NCBI RefSeq assembly: GCF_018350175.1 | Contig: NC_058368.1 | Coordinates: 133,426,001 to 133,490,000, forward strand | Direction: 5' to 3' | Length of the DNA: 64,000 nt | Source: Felis catus | Taxonomy: Eukaryota | Shown: one piece after another, positions 25,176 through 37,620 of the stretch | Layout: each line of letters opens with the position of its first letter | How positions within the stretch are numbered: position 1 is the stretch's first letter | Notes under the pieces: generated by a model | Told to the model about the DNA's origin: nothing | The model's input: only the letters and a program-made list of their open reading frames with translations | Database searches by the model: none | Translations under genes and position numbers: made by a program

Positions 25176-25791
25176 ATTTTTTTCAAAAAGCTTTTATTGT
25201 ATCTTAATTTTGAAGAAACATTTCTACTTTACATGTTAAGAAATCACTGTGCCAGAGACATAAATTGCTGTATTTTTATCTGTTGGAACTATAATACTTG
25301 AGGGTTTTTAAGATCTGTAGAGTAGTTTAAACCAAATTGAAGTAGAAGTTGAAAGTTTAAGCTTCTTTTATAGCTTTCCAGCCTTCCGATTCATTAGCAT
25401 AACAAAGCGGTCATTTACATGAAACTGTACCTTGCATTTTTAAATTTAGTTAAAACATTTAAAACAGCATTATATGGTATAAGGCTCTCTGGGATACAGT
25501 AATTCTGAAAAAAGTCATGAGATGCAAGTGTATTTATTCAGCTTTGTTTCCCCAACAGAGAACTTGGATGTATAATGTAAGAGTGAAAAGTTGACAAGAA
25601 TGTGGCTAATCATCAAGTCATAGAATATATTTTGCCTTAAACATATGAATGAGTATATTGTGTGGGAATTTTGAGAATATACACTTGGAAATAAAATTAT
25701 TAACCTTTGCTGGAACAAAGTGGAATGAGTAATTTCTTTTTTTGAGGAGGGGAGAGGTAATAGCTCTGGAGACAGTAACTGACTTCCTTTT

Positions 25792-26015
25792 GTATATTTA
25801 AAAAAAATTTTTTTTTTTATTTTTAAGAGAAAGTGCTAGCAGGAGAGAGGGGCAGAAGGAGCGGGAGAGAGAGAGAGAAAGAAAGAGAATCTCATTCAGG
25901 TTCCATGCTCAGCACAGAGCCCAATGCCTGGGCTTGGCCCCATAACCCTGGGATCATGATCTGAGCTAAAATCAAGAGTAGGATGCTCAACTGCCTGAGC
26001 CATCCTAGGTGCCCC
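25792..26015 (-). mobile_element. Older CanSINE
   Basis: CCCTGGGATCATGATCTGAGCTAAAATCAAGAG core; degenerate TSD TAACTGACTTCC/TAGCTGGCTTCT. Confidence 0.9.
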
Positions 26016-26219
26016 TAGCTGGCTTCTTTTAAATATAACCAGGGGCCAACCACCTACTCAGTTCATTGAGAGAGTGTCTCTGGACACTTTGGGCAAAGGC
26101 ATAGATCAAAAACCATTTACTGGCATGTCTGCATGGATTACAAAAGAAGGAAAAATACCAAATTTCTTGTTTGCTTTTGTTTCTTATTAAAGAGAATGAT
26201 AGGATGATCAGGAAGAAAT

Positions 26220-26520
26220 CTGAGTAAGAGGGATTAGACACCTAAGATGAGTGCAAAGATAGGACGCAAGTGCCTTTTGGTCTCGATGAGTGCAGATTCT
26301 TTGTTTTGTATGAATTGCTTTCCAGCATCCTGAGGAAACCTCTAGATGGAATTGGTAAAAATAGAGTTCATCCGTCTTTCAAAGCTCCTGAGGAGTGAGA
26401 ATGATGCCAGAAGTAGAGACAGCGGTGTCTAGTTTCCAAAAGGGATAAGAGGTGGATTCCGCCATGTTGGCATGGATTCCAGGCAGAATTCCAGACTGAT
26501 GAATGAGTAGGTGATCAGGC
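26220..26520 (+). mobile_element. Probable CR1/L3 LINE ORF2 remnant
   Basis: GATGCCAGAAGTAGAGA...GTTTCCAAAAGGGATAAGAGGTGGATTCC...GGATTCCAGGCAGAATTCCAG resembles the CR1 segment encoding VPEDW..PIFKKG.K.DP.NYRP..LTSIPGKI; highly decayed. Confidence 0.45.
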
Positions 26521-29384
26521 TGTTAACAGTCATTAAGTCCTCGGTTGTGAACAATAGAATCCAACTCGGGATAACTGAAATACCCAAGGGTCTTATCACA
26601 GGATATTGGATGTCTTGAAGGGAAGACTTAGCTGGTCTCAAAATGGCAAACACCATCGGAGGGCAAACAGAAAAATACATCTAGCCTGTGTACTGAGGGA
26701 AGGGAGTTGTTAGAGAGCTGCCACTGGGACCCCTGCTATCAGGCAGTCCCTGCTGCCTGCTGGAGTCTGGACTCTGCCATCTGTATGCATTCTGAATTGC
26801 CATTGTTTTCTCTGCCATTTCTTGCAAGTTTCAGTCCTAGATAGGCATAGCTGTTTGCTGAACTTTGGTAATTTGTCCATGTTCTAGCTGCCTGGGTTTT
26901 GTGAGACTTTGCCTATATTTAGCTTCCTTTTTATCTTCCTTGGAAGGAGGGAGGTTCGCACATCCCCACCAACTTCGTCTCACTGCAGAACCCTCAGCCG
27001 TAGGAAGACTGTTGAGACATGGGAGAGCCAAGAGGAATGACAGATGTTCACTGGAGTAGTGATAGAGAAGGAAAGACCTTCCCCTGGGAACCAGTGTATG
27101 AACTCTGAGCCGGTTATAGCAGATGAAACCCACCTTTTTGATGAAGTTCTTTAGTTTTAATGGTACAAAAATTTGTTACTCTGAGTCTTAGGCCTTTGCT
27201 GCATGCTCTCCAGAAAAGCCTCATGTTCCAGGCATAAGTGATTGAATACCTCTCTGAGAATGTTGGGTAATGGGAGTGATACCTTGAGGCATCTCAAGGG
27301 GGGAGCCTCTGGGCTTCTTCATGGCTGGGCCCAGAACATCCGGGGCTGCTCATCAAATCTGCTGTTACAGTTAGTGGGAAGGGATAGTGGGTGCATTGGA
27401 ACAAAGAGCTGAGTCTATCAAGGTGAAATCTTGAAAAAGAAAAGGTGAAAAAGAAAAACGTGATCTTAAAGTGTGCTCATGGAAATAAAGGTCCTTCACA
27501 AGGGAGACATTTTCCCTATTTTTTTTTTTTTTTTTTTTGTGGATCTGATGACATATGAAGTATTCATTGATTCTTGCCACACACAAGAATGCTTTGGGGA
27601 CAGAGACTCACCAAAGTGCAAGCAGAGGTTAAAGCATGGTGTTTGGAGGGCACTTAAGGCAGTGAGTCGTTACCTGGGAGACATAGCTGCTGCCTACAAA
27701 AGGAGGCAGGTGTCTGGAGGCACCAGTAGGTGGTATAACCACAGAGGACAGAACCGAAACCAGTGGATGTCATTTTCTTTCTAACACCAAGAGCTGGTTA
27801 TCCCTTGAGAAGAAGAAAGTTGCATGTCACTTGTGACCACTAATTGTGACCAACTAGACTGTTGGGGAAATTAAAACATTTCACCAATATATTTGCCCAC
27901 ATTCCTCTCACAGACCTTAGGATTCCCTGGTTGTTGAAGTTCCCCAAAGTTCTTTGCTCACAATGGTATTCAACAATTTTAATATCCAAATGAGGCTAGT
28001 GAAAGACTCAGAATAGCTTTCAGACCTGGGCATATTAATTCGTCTGTAAAGCCAGAAGGGAAGGTCTTAATAAAGAGCAACATGAGACGATAAATATTTG
28101 ATTTGAAAAGGTAGGATCATAAACCAATCACAGCACTTGCTGAGAGGGAGGTTTTTTCTTAATTGGCACCCGGCTGCCATAACACACGTGGCAAGCTCTT
28201 CAAGAAGCTTGTCTTTTTCAGATTTAAGGTGTTTTCCTTTCAACTTTTTATCCTCAAGATGTCAGTATGTTGGAATTGCCTGGCTGATGAAGTAAATTCT
28301 AAAGGTAATTGCGAAGGGAGTTTAACTTGCCAGACACCTAGAGACGTCTCTTTCATACTTTGAAAAATATAAACAAGGTGCAAAATAATAGTTCTGTCAA
28401 GAAAATTACATATCGATTCATCATCCAGTGTTGGGAATTGAGCTAAAGAGTTTGTTCCTGAAACATCTTTTTGAAGGTCAGCTCGTGAAGAAGCAGCTTT
28501 TAGGGTTTTGTATACTTTGTGGCAAACGCTGATGGCCTTGTTTCTCAATGGACAATTATTGAGGGCCTCCTGCAACCATTCTTGCAACTGGGGAGAGTTC
28601 TGGCATAGCTACTCGGATTGGAAATGAAAAGTTTAAGAAGTGGTATTTTCAAGGTTTTTGGCCTTTACGATGCAAACAAGTGCATGTGTCTTCCTCAGCA
28701 GTAGTATTTGTTGAGAGAGATTAGCATAAAAGTAGTTAGCTTGCAGCGTGATTTGAAAATTACAGCCTTGTAAAGGATCCCCCAGTTATGATGGCTGGAA
28801 ACATGCAATCACCAGAAATTGCACTGTAAAGTCTGTACTGATCCCTGGATGAATTGCACTCCTTTGGCACTTCTCCTCTCCATCTCTAACCTCTCTTTTC
28901 ATGTATTGTTCTGGGATAATGAAAGACTGTCTGAGGGTAAACACTGTCAGCTCTCCATTTTGGATTTACTCAAAGCTTGTGCATTTGTTTATATATTCAA
29001 AATATGGCCAGCAACAGTTAGTAAGAGCTTACTCTGTGTTAGGGCAGCAGTGGTGATTAAAAAAATACCTTACCTGAAGCTCTCATTCTGGTGGAAGAGA
29101 TGGTAAGGAAATCTGGTCTGTTACTTCTGCTGTGTGAAGGGAGCTTGGGATGCCCAGAGGAGGGGTGTGTGTTTGGGAATGTTCCCCGGGAAGGGATGCT
29201 TGATCCTGGTCTGGAAAGGTAGGTGAAAGTTGGCCAGGCACATGTGGGGGAAGGGTAGCCGCTGGGCGGAGTTCAGAACACATCTGCAGAAGTTTGAAAG
29301 AGGAGGGAGAGAGGGCCGGCCAGGGGATGTGAAGGGGAAGCCTGGGGTTTTTGAGCTTCTGGTCGGGACTCTTGTGGTATAGCT

Positions 29385-29522
29385 CAATCAGAGTCCCTTG
29401 ATGAACTAGTTAAAAATAGAGATTCCTGGGCCCATTCCCTCCACCGTCCCCTCAGGTCAGAATCTTTGGAGGTAGGACTAGGCCTATTTGATGATGAAGT
29501 CTGCCAGAGTTTGAGAACCATC
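29385..29522. mobile_element. MER5-like hAT-Charlie DNA transposon
   Basis: GTTAAAAATAGAGATTCCTGGGCCC...CAGAATCTTTGGAGGTAGGAC...AGTTTGAGAACCA. Confidence 0.75.
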
Positions 29523-31478
29523 TTCTTTGAGAATTGGCAGCACTGAAAAAAGGCAAGCTGCCGAGTGCCGTGGTCAGATGAGGTCTTACAAAGAGGACTG
29601 TCACGGGGGAGGCAGGCTGGAGTTTGTGATTGTTCAGGACAGAGGTGACGGGAGAGAGAGAAGCTGCAGTGGGGGTGGGGGAAGGGGGAAGGAGACCGAT
29701 CTGAATCCTATTTAGGAGATAGAATCAACCAGACCTAGTGACCCAGTGCCTATGTCTCAGTTTGGACAGCTGCTGAATTTCTGGTAGCAATCGGGGGGCT
29801 TTGTGTTCAGGAAGATACTTCCGGAGCTCTGTTCTGGAAGCATTCATGGTGGCAGATGGAGGCTCGGGGCAGCTGCTATGTGAGCATTTGACATCTGTTT
29901 TTTTACCTAAGAAAAGAAGCAGGTTAGAAGCCCTCTGTGTAGTCCCCACTGAAGACGACGCTTGGTGAGGCTTCCTGTGTCCAGTCGGCATCCTCTCATA
30001 TCTCTGCATCACTGCTGAAGTTCAGTCAACCTTGTAGTCCTCCAGCAAGCTTCTTGTATGAAAGGCCTGCATAGGGACACCGGTCTAGCTACTCCAAGGA
30101 GGCGGAAACTGTAGGCTTTTTGTAAGGTTCTAGGCTTTCCAAAGGTTGCCAGTGTGTATACACCTTCCAGATAATTTACGCAGCAGCTGCTTGGCCCAAC
30201 CCTGGGCAGTACTGTTGCTTGTCTCTCCCCTTGACTGATGCTTTGGGGCTGGTGGTGGGATTCATCATCCTCCAAAGCCTGCATTTGGAATCACTAAGCT
30301 CAGTGCAGACGTCTGCCTTTACATTAACCACACTTGGTATTAGTTGTTACTTTCGTTATGCTTCATTGTATGAGCTCCCTGGGTGTGAATTATGTCCTCA
30401 CTCCCATTTGGTGAAGAAGACTGATGACGTACACCTTGAAGAAAGAAGGGTAACCTTATGTCCTTAACGGAGAACCAGTTTTAATTGTGTGGATTGGGCC
30501 TCTGGCATTAGCTTAGAAATGGTGCACCTAAAAGGGAAGAGCAAGCTGGGGCAGGGCTGGGATACACTTGCGAACCTGGGTCACGTCCCACTTAACGGTT
30601 TCCTGACTCTTTTCCTCCTGGAAAGACACACTAAATTGAGGCAGAGTTGTGTTGACTCTCTTTTCTTATAGGATTCACTGGTTGGTAATTTAATTTATTT
30701 GGTTGTCTTGGAAGGAAAGACTGGAAGAGCCCGGCAGCAGTTGCTACACCTGTATTCCTTGCTGTCATTCATTGCCCTGCAGGACACCTCCTAACCTCAT
30801 TGACAGTCCCCTCCGTGCCTGCTGCCAGCAATCCCCCCAGTAGTAATTAAAGAGTGAAGGAGAATGTCACTTCTGCTTCTCCCTGGGAGTTCGTGCTAAC
30901 CACAGATCTGATTTTAGGGCAAGGCCTTTCCCCTCCAGCTTCTTTAAATCCCCTATTAATTCAGACGCTTTATTTACTGAACAAACAAGCCGCGATTTCA
31001 CAGAGAGTAGTGAATAGACGCTTTGCTTCTGGGGGGAGAAGCTCTTTGAGTTATTATGCTCATGCCGAAGCAGAAGACGTTTTCCTTCGTTCTTTGTGAT
31101 GTCATTTTAACCAACCCCCCCCCCCCAAAAAACAGCATATCTGAAGTAGAAACAAATGAAGACTGCAGTGATGTCCTGGTGGTTTTAATGGAACTTCTGT
31201 TTACCGGAATGAGATCTCAGGAGCCTTCCCTACAGAAGGGAGTCCCCTTAAGCTGGAGCAAAAGCATATGGGACCAAGCTGCTCTGGGGAGCCCCAGGGC
31301 ATGAGCTTCCCTGGGGCAGTTTTTGATACCCTTCTGTGTGACAGCCAGCTCCTCTGACTCACCACTCCCGGGTTGGTTGTGCCCACAAGGTGGGGTGGGG
31401 GTGGGGGTGGGGGGCCTTGGCAGAGAGAGTATATATTTGGTTCCATGAAGGTGCTAACTTTGAGAGTTCATGAAACAC

Positions 31479-31624
31479 CCTTGTATTGGGCCACCACATT
31501 TACCATCACAAAGCACTTCCCACACTCAAAGTCTTCCAGGGCTAGAAGGGACCTTGTATTGGGCCACCACATTTACCATCACAAAGCACTTCCCACACTC
31601 AAAGTCTTCCAAGGCTAGAAGGGA
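31479..31624. repeat. 73-bp tandem duplication (2 copies, 1 mismatch)
   Basis: CCTTGTATTGGGCCACCACATTTACCATCACAAAGCACTTCCCACACTCAAAGTCTTCCA(G/A)GGCTAGAAGGGA at 31479 and 31552. Confidence 0.97.
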
Positions 31625-33527
31625 CCCTGAGAGATCATTTCCCCTTTTCTCATTTATCGGAAAATGCGAGAGATCCGGAGACATGAAATGACTTGCGCCA
31701 GTGTAGTAGTAGTTTCTGAGCCACACAGTGAGGACTTGAACCCTTTCCAGCTCTTTGCCCAGGAGTGCTGGGGCCCGTTGAGGAGCGGACTCCTGGGTCT
31801 TACCCCAGAAGACGGAGTCACCATCCAGGAGAGGTGGGAGTCAGCAACCTGCAGTTGAAGCCAGCTTGGCAGGTGCTCCCAGCACACTCATGTTGGAGCG
31901 CCACTGAAGGAAGGCCTCACCTGCAGACTTAAGTCCTGAATGTGCTTCTTTGGCCCTACCTGCTTTATATTTGTGCTTCTCACACTACAGGGCTCAGTTG
32001 GGCTAACAAGAGGGAATTGCGCAGAGAGTTGGGATGTTCCAGGAATGCGCGGTGATGCTGACAAGTGTGATTATTTAATGCTGACCTACGTGTACCTCTG
32101 TCATCTGCCCTCTTCTCCCAAACTGCCTCTTCCTTAAGGGACAACAACAGCAAACTTATTTTCACTTGTCACTGCTTTGCTGCACATCTCTCCTCTTACT
32201 GGCATTCTCTACCCCTCCACTAGCTTTACCATCGTAAACCCTTCAGTTCAGGATCATTTTGGGGGATGGGTGATGACAGCCGGACCATCAGTTAAGGTAA
32301 CCCACAAGTAAGCAAAAGGCTGGGATAGCTGGACATTCTAGTATGTGGGTGTGTGTTAACTGCTTTAATGTGTGTGCCACTGTCTAGGCATTATGTCGTG
32401 TCATAAATGTACTTGCTCCATGACCTACATAGAAAGCATCCAGGTTGGATGGGTCTCTTGCCAGTCTCTGTGGTGAAACTTGCACATGGACAGAGTTACA
32501 AGGCTGCCCCGTGGATCAGAGCCAAGGGGAGTTGTAGATGGACCCCCACCCCAGAAATGGGTTAGAATGTGTCAAGACGTGCCTGGCCTAACGTGCTTGG
32601 TGCCTAAACTGTGGGGGCACCGAGGTTAATTTCATCGGCGTTTTCATTAATCCCGTTAAAAAGAATTTTTAAGTGCCCTCGTAAGCTTGTGAGTCTCCGA
32701 AGGACAGCGTGAGGAATCACCTAGACAGTAAATGTCACACGTGAAAGATTCTGTTGGTGCTGACACTGATAGCAGTGAGTTGCATCAAGAGATAAGCTAA
32801 AAACAAAGGTGGGTTCGGTTTACTCAAGGCTCTGGAGTCGACCTGGTTCCAATTCTAGATCTGTTGCACTAGTGTTACAACTGGTAAAAGAGAAAATAGT
32901 AAGACCTATCTCTGAGAATTGTTAAATTAGAGAATACATATACAGAGGTGTATGTTCAGTACAGTGGCTGACATAGAGTAATGAGGAAATAAGTGAGAGG
33001 AATTGTTATTTTTGCCTGAGAGAGTGCCATGGTAACAACCTGCTTGACGATGTGAAGAGTGAAAGGGGGTGAGGAAAAATGATGACAGGAGTAAACTAAA
33101 AAAAATCTGGATTTTACTTCCTCAAAGGTTGACCTTTGAAGGGGTTGTTTGTTGATATCTCGGTTATTCTTTGGCTGTTCTCTTGGCTGGTAGTCACAGG
33201 AAGCCCTGGATGGAATGAAAGATGTTGGAAGAGAGGTGGTGGGTTGTCAGAGGAAAGGAGTTCTTGCTACAGGAGACCCAGTGCTTACCTCAGTCAGGAA
33301 ACAAGATCCTGCATGTTAGAAATGGGTATTCACTTCTGTCTAATAGATGAGCAGCTACCTCATGTCTGAAAACACAAGCTCCTTTTTCTCTAGGGTTTTA
33401 TCAGCATCGTTTGGATCCTATTTAAAAAATTAAACTCCTTAATTTCCCCCCAACCCTAGCTCTGGAAGCTAGCCCCTTAGTATCATGTAGGTTGGAGCAA
33501 AACTACCATCAAGATAAGAACCAACAT

Positions 33528-33738
33528 GGGGTACCTGGGTGGCTCAGTCAGTTAACTTTCTTTCTTCAGCTCAGGTCATGATATCGCGGTTCCTGAGTTC
33601 GAGCCCTGCGTCAGGCTCTGTGCTGACAGCTCACAGCCTGGAGCCTGCTTCACATTCTGTGTCTCTCCCTCTCACTGCCCCTTCCCAGCTTGCACTCTGT
33701 CTCTGTCTCTCAAAAATAAATAAACATAAAAAAAAAAA
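33528..33738 (+). mobile_element. CanSINE
   Basis: Full body; TSD ending AACCAACAT. Confidence 0.95.
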
Positions 33739-34868
33739 AGATAACCAACATGAGTGCCCCATTACTGCTCCTTTCCTTTAATACTTATTCAGGTATTTTG
33801 GACACTTCGATGCTTTCTACTGCCTGTTGACCACTTATATTGAAAAAGTACATGTAGTCCTGTTTCCCAGATGGAGCTAGCATCTAGTCTCTTAATCTGA
33901 TAAACATCTGTCTTCAAACTCCTGTTCTTACACGGGCTATCCTGTTCTCAGTTATTTGACAAAACTTTAAGCCTTTCAGCTTATAGCATTGAGGCTGATG
34001 GGTCACCCAATAGTAAGAAAAGAATAGTGTCGCAAAGATGACTAAGTTGATACACCAGCATTTCTGGAGCAGATTTCCTTGGTCATGTTCTGGATAGATG
34101 CACATGGCCTGCCTTGGCATCATTAAGGTTGTGCATCCCCAGGGGCTCACCTGAGACTAGGGCTTGGCTTGCCACAGGGTAAGCTAGAGCCCTGTGACAT
34201 ATCTTCCAGCTCTCTTTTCTAGCTCTGAGGGAACCAGTGGGTGGCCTGAGATAATGTAGAAACTGGTATTCATATTGACCTGAGACCAAAATGTACTATT
34301 CATGGTGGCAGACAAATTAGAGTGGAGGGTACAGGTTTATGGTGGGAAGACAGGTGTTTTGCCTTAGGAATCATGGAATCGGGGCATATGGGTCTTAGGT
34401 ATTTTTCACTCTAAGTACTAACATGGCAGCCTGTTTTAAAAAGTCACAGTAGGGTAGTGGATACTCAAGGAAGGTCAGTGAGTTTTGTCCCGTACTTCCG
34501 AGGAAAGCCTAGGCAACTTTTGCTCTGCAGGCCAGTTGTACTGTTTTTCCATCCATCTATGGCACAGATCTGAATGGCCCTCTTCCTGCATGGCTGTCCA
34601 GGAACATGAAGGTAGACAGTGCAACTGGGGGAAAGGAGCGTATGGTACAGTTGTCATGGGAAAAACTTAGTTATTTCTTGAATCTTGCAGCTATAACAAG
34701 AGTGGTTTTTTTTTTTTTTTTGGTCTTTTTTAGGTTCTATTCTCGAAGAGCACTAGTTAATAATTCACACACACTTAGCAGTTAAGTAGAAATTTCATTT
34801 GAAGCAACACTAGTTTCAATTAAATGTGTTTGCAAATCAGGTTCATAAATTGCTCTGGAAGGAGAGAG

Positions 34869-34872
<4 letters not shown>

Positions 34873-34910
<38 letters not shown>
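34873..34910. repeat. (GA)n microsatellite
   Basis: About 19 units. Confidence 0.95.
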
Positions 34911-34912
<2 letters not shown>

Positions 34913-35789
34913 AAACTATGTTTTATACATAAACATTTGGCTAAAAGTGAAGATTGAAACATTTCCTAAAGGTCTGGTTGCCAGTCACCTGTCTAATTAG
35001 TCATATGTATAAAATGTAAAAGTTGCTTTGCCAATTACAAGCAGGTAGAGTTTGCATTTTTATCCCAGTGTTCCTGGAACTGATGAGGTCTGGTAATTTT
35101 TGAGGGCTTACAGTAGAAGAGGAAGAGTTAGGAAGGGGCGGTCATTTTCTTGACAGTTTAGAAATGCTACAGAGAAGCCGCCTTTGGTGATGGCCGGTCA
35201 GCACCTGCTGGGCTCTTGCAGGGATGTAAAAGGGCATGCTGGGAGCCTCTAGGATTCTAGTAGCTCTTACAGTGTAAGAACAGGAACAGATGGGTGTGGG
35301 CTTGGGCACATGTAACAAAGTTACTCCACACATGGCCACATGAGTTCTATAAAGATAATCTGTTAAATTCTAAAGGACCAGAGAACATAAAACAGAAAGA
35401 GCTAAAAGCAGGACAGAGGTGTTAAGAAATAAAATGTTTGCCTAGTTGTTTCACTGGACACACACATAGTTGATCACTTTGCTCCTATTACTTTCCACAG
35501 AATTTTTTCTTAAATCATTAATAAGACTAGGGAAGAAAAATCTCCCCACAGAATGGTACTGGTTACATAGATGTTTCATAGAAAGAGTCAGATTCACCAT
35601 AATTTTGTCCTTTGTTGGATCTTGGGGAGCCATGTTTAAGAGATGAAGCTTATCAGACAAGGTTCGGCGTGTCCAGGGTGCTATGGCAGTAGGCTGGAGG
35701 AGATAGGTCTTATTACTGTGTTCCTTACTACAGAAAGAGGATGTACTTTTTATTGAAGTTGGCTTTGGAGGGAAGAGTGATGGTTCTTT

Positions 35790-36160
35790 CCACCAGAGCA
35801 TAGAGGTTAAGAATATCAGCATTATTGGGGTGCCTGTCTGGCTCAGTTGGTGGAGGAGGTGACTCGTGAATGCATGGCGTTGAGTTTAAGCTCCACACTG
35901 GGTTAGAGCTTACTTAAAAAAAAAAAAAAAAATCCGGTGTTAGAGTCAGACTACCTAAGTTAAAATCTTGGCTCTGACAATAGTTTTGTGACCTTAGGCT
36001 AGCATTAACCTTTTTAAACCTCAGGTTCCGTATCGATAAAACGGAGATAATAAACTTAACCTCAGAAGGTGGATTTACGATGAACTGAATTGATACATTT
36101 AAGTATTTAGACCAGTATCAGTAAGGTAATCCATGTTCAACAAATGTTAGCCATTATTAG
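35790..36160 (+). mobile_element. MIR interrupted by a short SINE
   Basis: GCATAGAGGTTAAGA...TAGAGTCAGACTACCT...TGTGACCTTAGGC...CCTCAG...CAAATGTTAGC. Confidence 0.8.
35827..35932 (+). mobile_element. Short CanSINE (SINEC_c/old type, no CT tract)
   Basis: GGGGTGCCTGTCTGGCTCAGTTGG...TAGAGCTTACTTAAAAAAA. Confidence 0.85.
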
Positions 36161-36445
36161 TTGCTACTGTTATTGTTGTATTTTTGGTAAGGCTGTGTAT
36201 ACTTTGAAAAGTACATGAAATTTTTATATAAATGGTTTTTTCTAAGCAAAGCTGAAAATTCCTAATGAATTTATTAATGTGGAGATTTAAAATAAGATAA
36301 TTTGTCCCAGAAGTAAAACCTGTTTTATTAAGATTGAAAGGAATGTCTCCAGTTAATGTTTCTCAGCTGTCGCTTGCTAGAACAAAGTTTTCCTCCATTA
36401 GCTCCGATGCCACAGTGGAACTTAAAAACATTGTGCAGTATTTCA

Positions 36446-36643
36446 GGGGCACCTGGGTGGCTCAGTCGGTTAAGCATCCAACTCTTGGTTTTGGCTCAGG
36501 TCATGATCTCAGGGTTTGTGGGTTCCAGACCCGTGTCCGGCTCTGCAGTGACAGTGCAGATCCTGCTTGGGATTCTCTCTGCTTCTCTCTCTGCCCCTCC
36601 CCAGCTCTCTCTCTGTCATAATAAACAAACATTAAAAAAAAAA
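36446..36643 (+). mobile_element. CanSINE
   Basis: GGGGCACCTGGGTGGCTCAGTCGGTTAAG head. Confidence 0.94.
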
Positions 36644-36780
36644 AGTGTATTCCACAATACCAGATTTCCACTTGTATGCCCCATGTTGGATTGCTTCCTT
36701 AGCAGCCTGCAGTCAACTCCTTGCCTATGTTTCCACCCCACTCCTATCCCTACATGTTAAGCTCTTTTTAAAAAAAAATA

Positions 36781-36949
36781 GGGGTGCCTGACTGGCTCAG
36801 TCGGTTAAGCATCTGACTTTGGCTCAGGTCATGATCTCACGGTTCGTGGGTTCAAGCCCTGCATTGGGCTCTGAGCTGACCCCTCGGAGCCTGGAGCCTG
36901 CTTTGGATTCTGCATCTGCCTCTCTCTCTGCCCCAGCCCTACTCAGGCT

Positions 36950-37006
<57 letters not shown>

Positions 37007-37075
37007 CCTCCCTCCCTCCCCCTCCCTCCCTCCCTCCCTCCCTCCCTCTCAAAAATAAATAAAAACACTAAAAAG
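36781..37075 (+). mobile_element. CanSINE with expanded (CT)n(CCCT)n tract
   Basis: About 100-nt pure pyrimidine tract at 36953-37050. Confidence 0.95.
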
Positions 37076-37394
37076 TTTTGTTTGAAAATTACTTCATAAG
37101 TTCTACTTTCTCCCTACTCCATTTCACACTGCCTCTGCATCCTTCCCACAGCCTTGTAAGACTTTGTGAGCTCTATGGGCAGAGATAATAGCATGTATGT
37201 TTCTGATATTGTCAAATACCTAATTTCACACCTTATACGGAAAGCATTTAAACAAAATTGAAACAGTACAATATAGTCATCATATTTTACTCTTATTTAG
37301 CTAACCTTTTTATTGTTAGTGGTTTTCAGTTGATTGCCATTTGTAAGGGTGAAACTCAAGTCTGCAGAGGATGTTCTATTCAAAAAAAGTTATT

Positions 37395-37620
37395 GGGGCA
37401 CCTGGGTGGCTCAGTCAGTTAAGTGTCTGACTTCAGCTCATTTCGTGATCTCACAGTCCGTGAGTTCAAGCCCCATGTCCGGTTCTGTGCTGACACCTCA
37501 GAGCTGGAGCATGCTTCCAATTCTGTGTCTCCCTCTCTCTCTCTGCCCCTCCCCCTCTCATGCTCTCTCTCTTTCTCTCTCTCTCTCTCAAAAATAAACA
37601 TTAAAAAAATTAAAAAAAAA
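37395..37620 (+). mobile_element. CanSINE
   Basis: Full head, CT tract, A-tail. Confidence 0.95.

Noticed and set aside
31479..31624. Direct repeats as a possible CRISPR-like array
   Set aside because: Only two abutting copies with no spacers, in a mammalian genome
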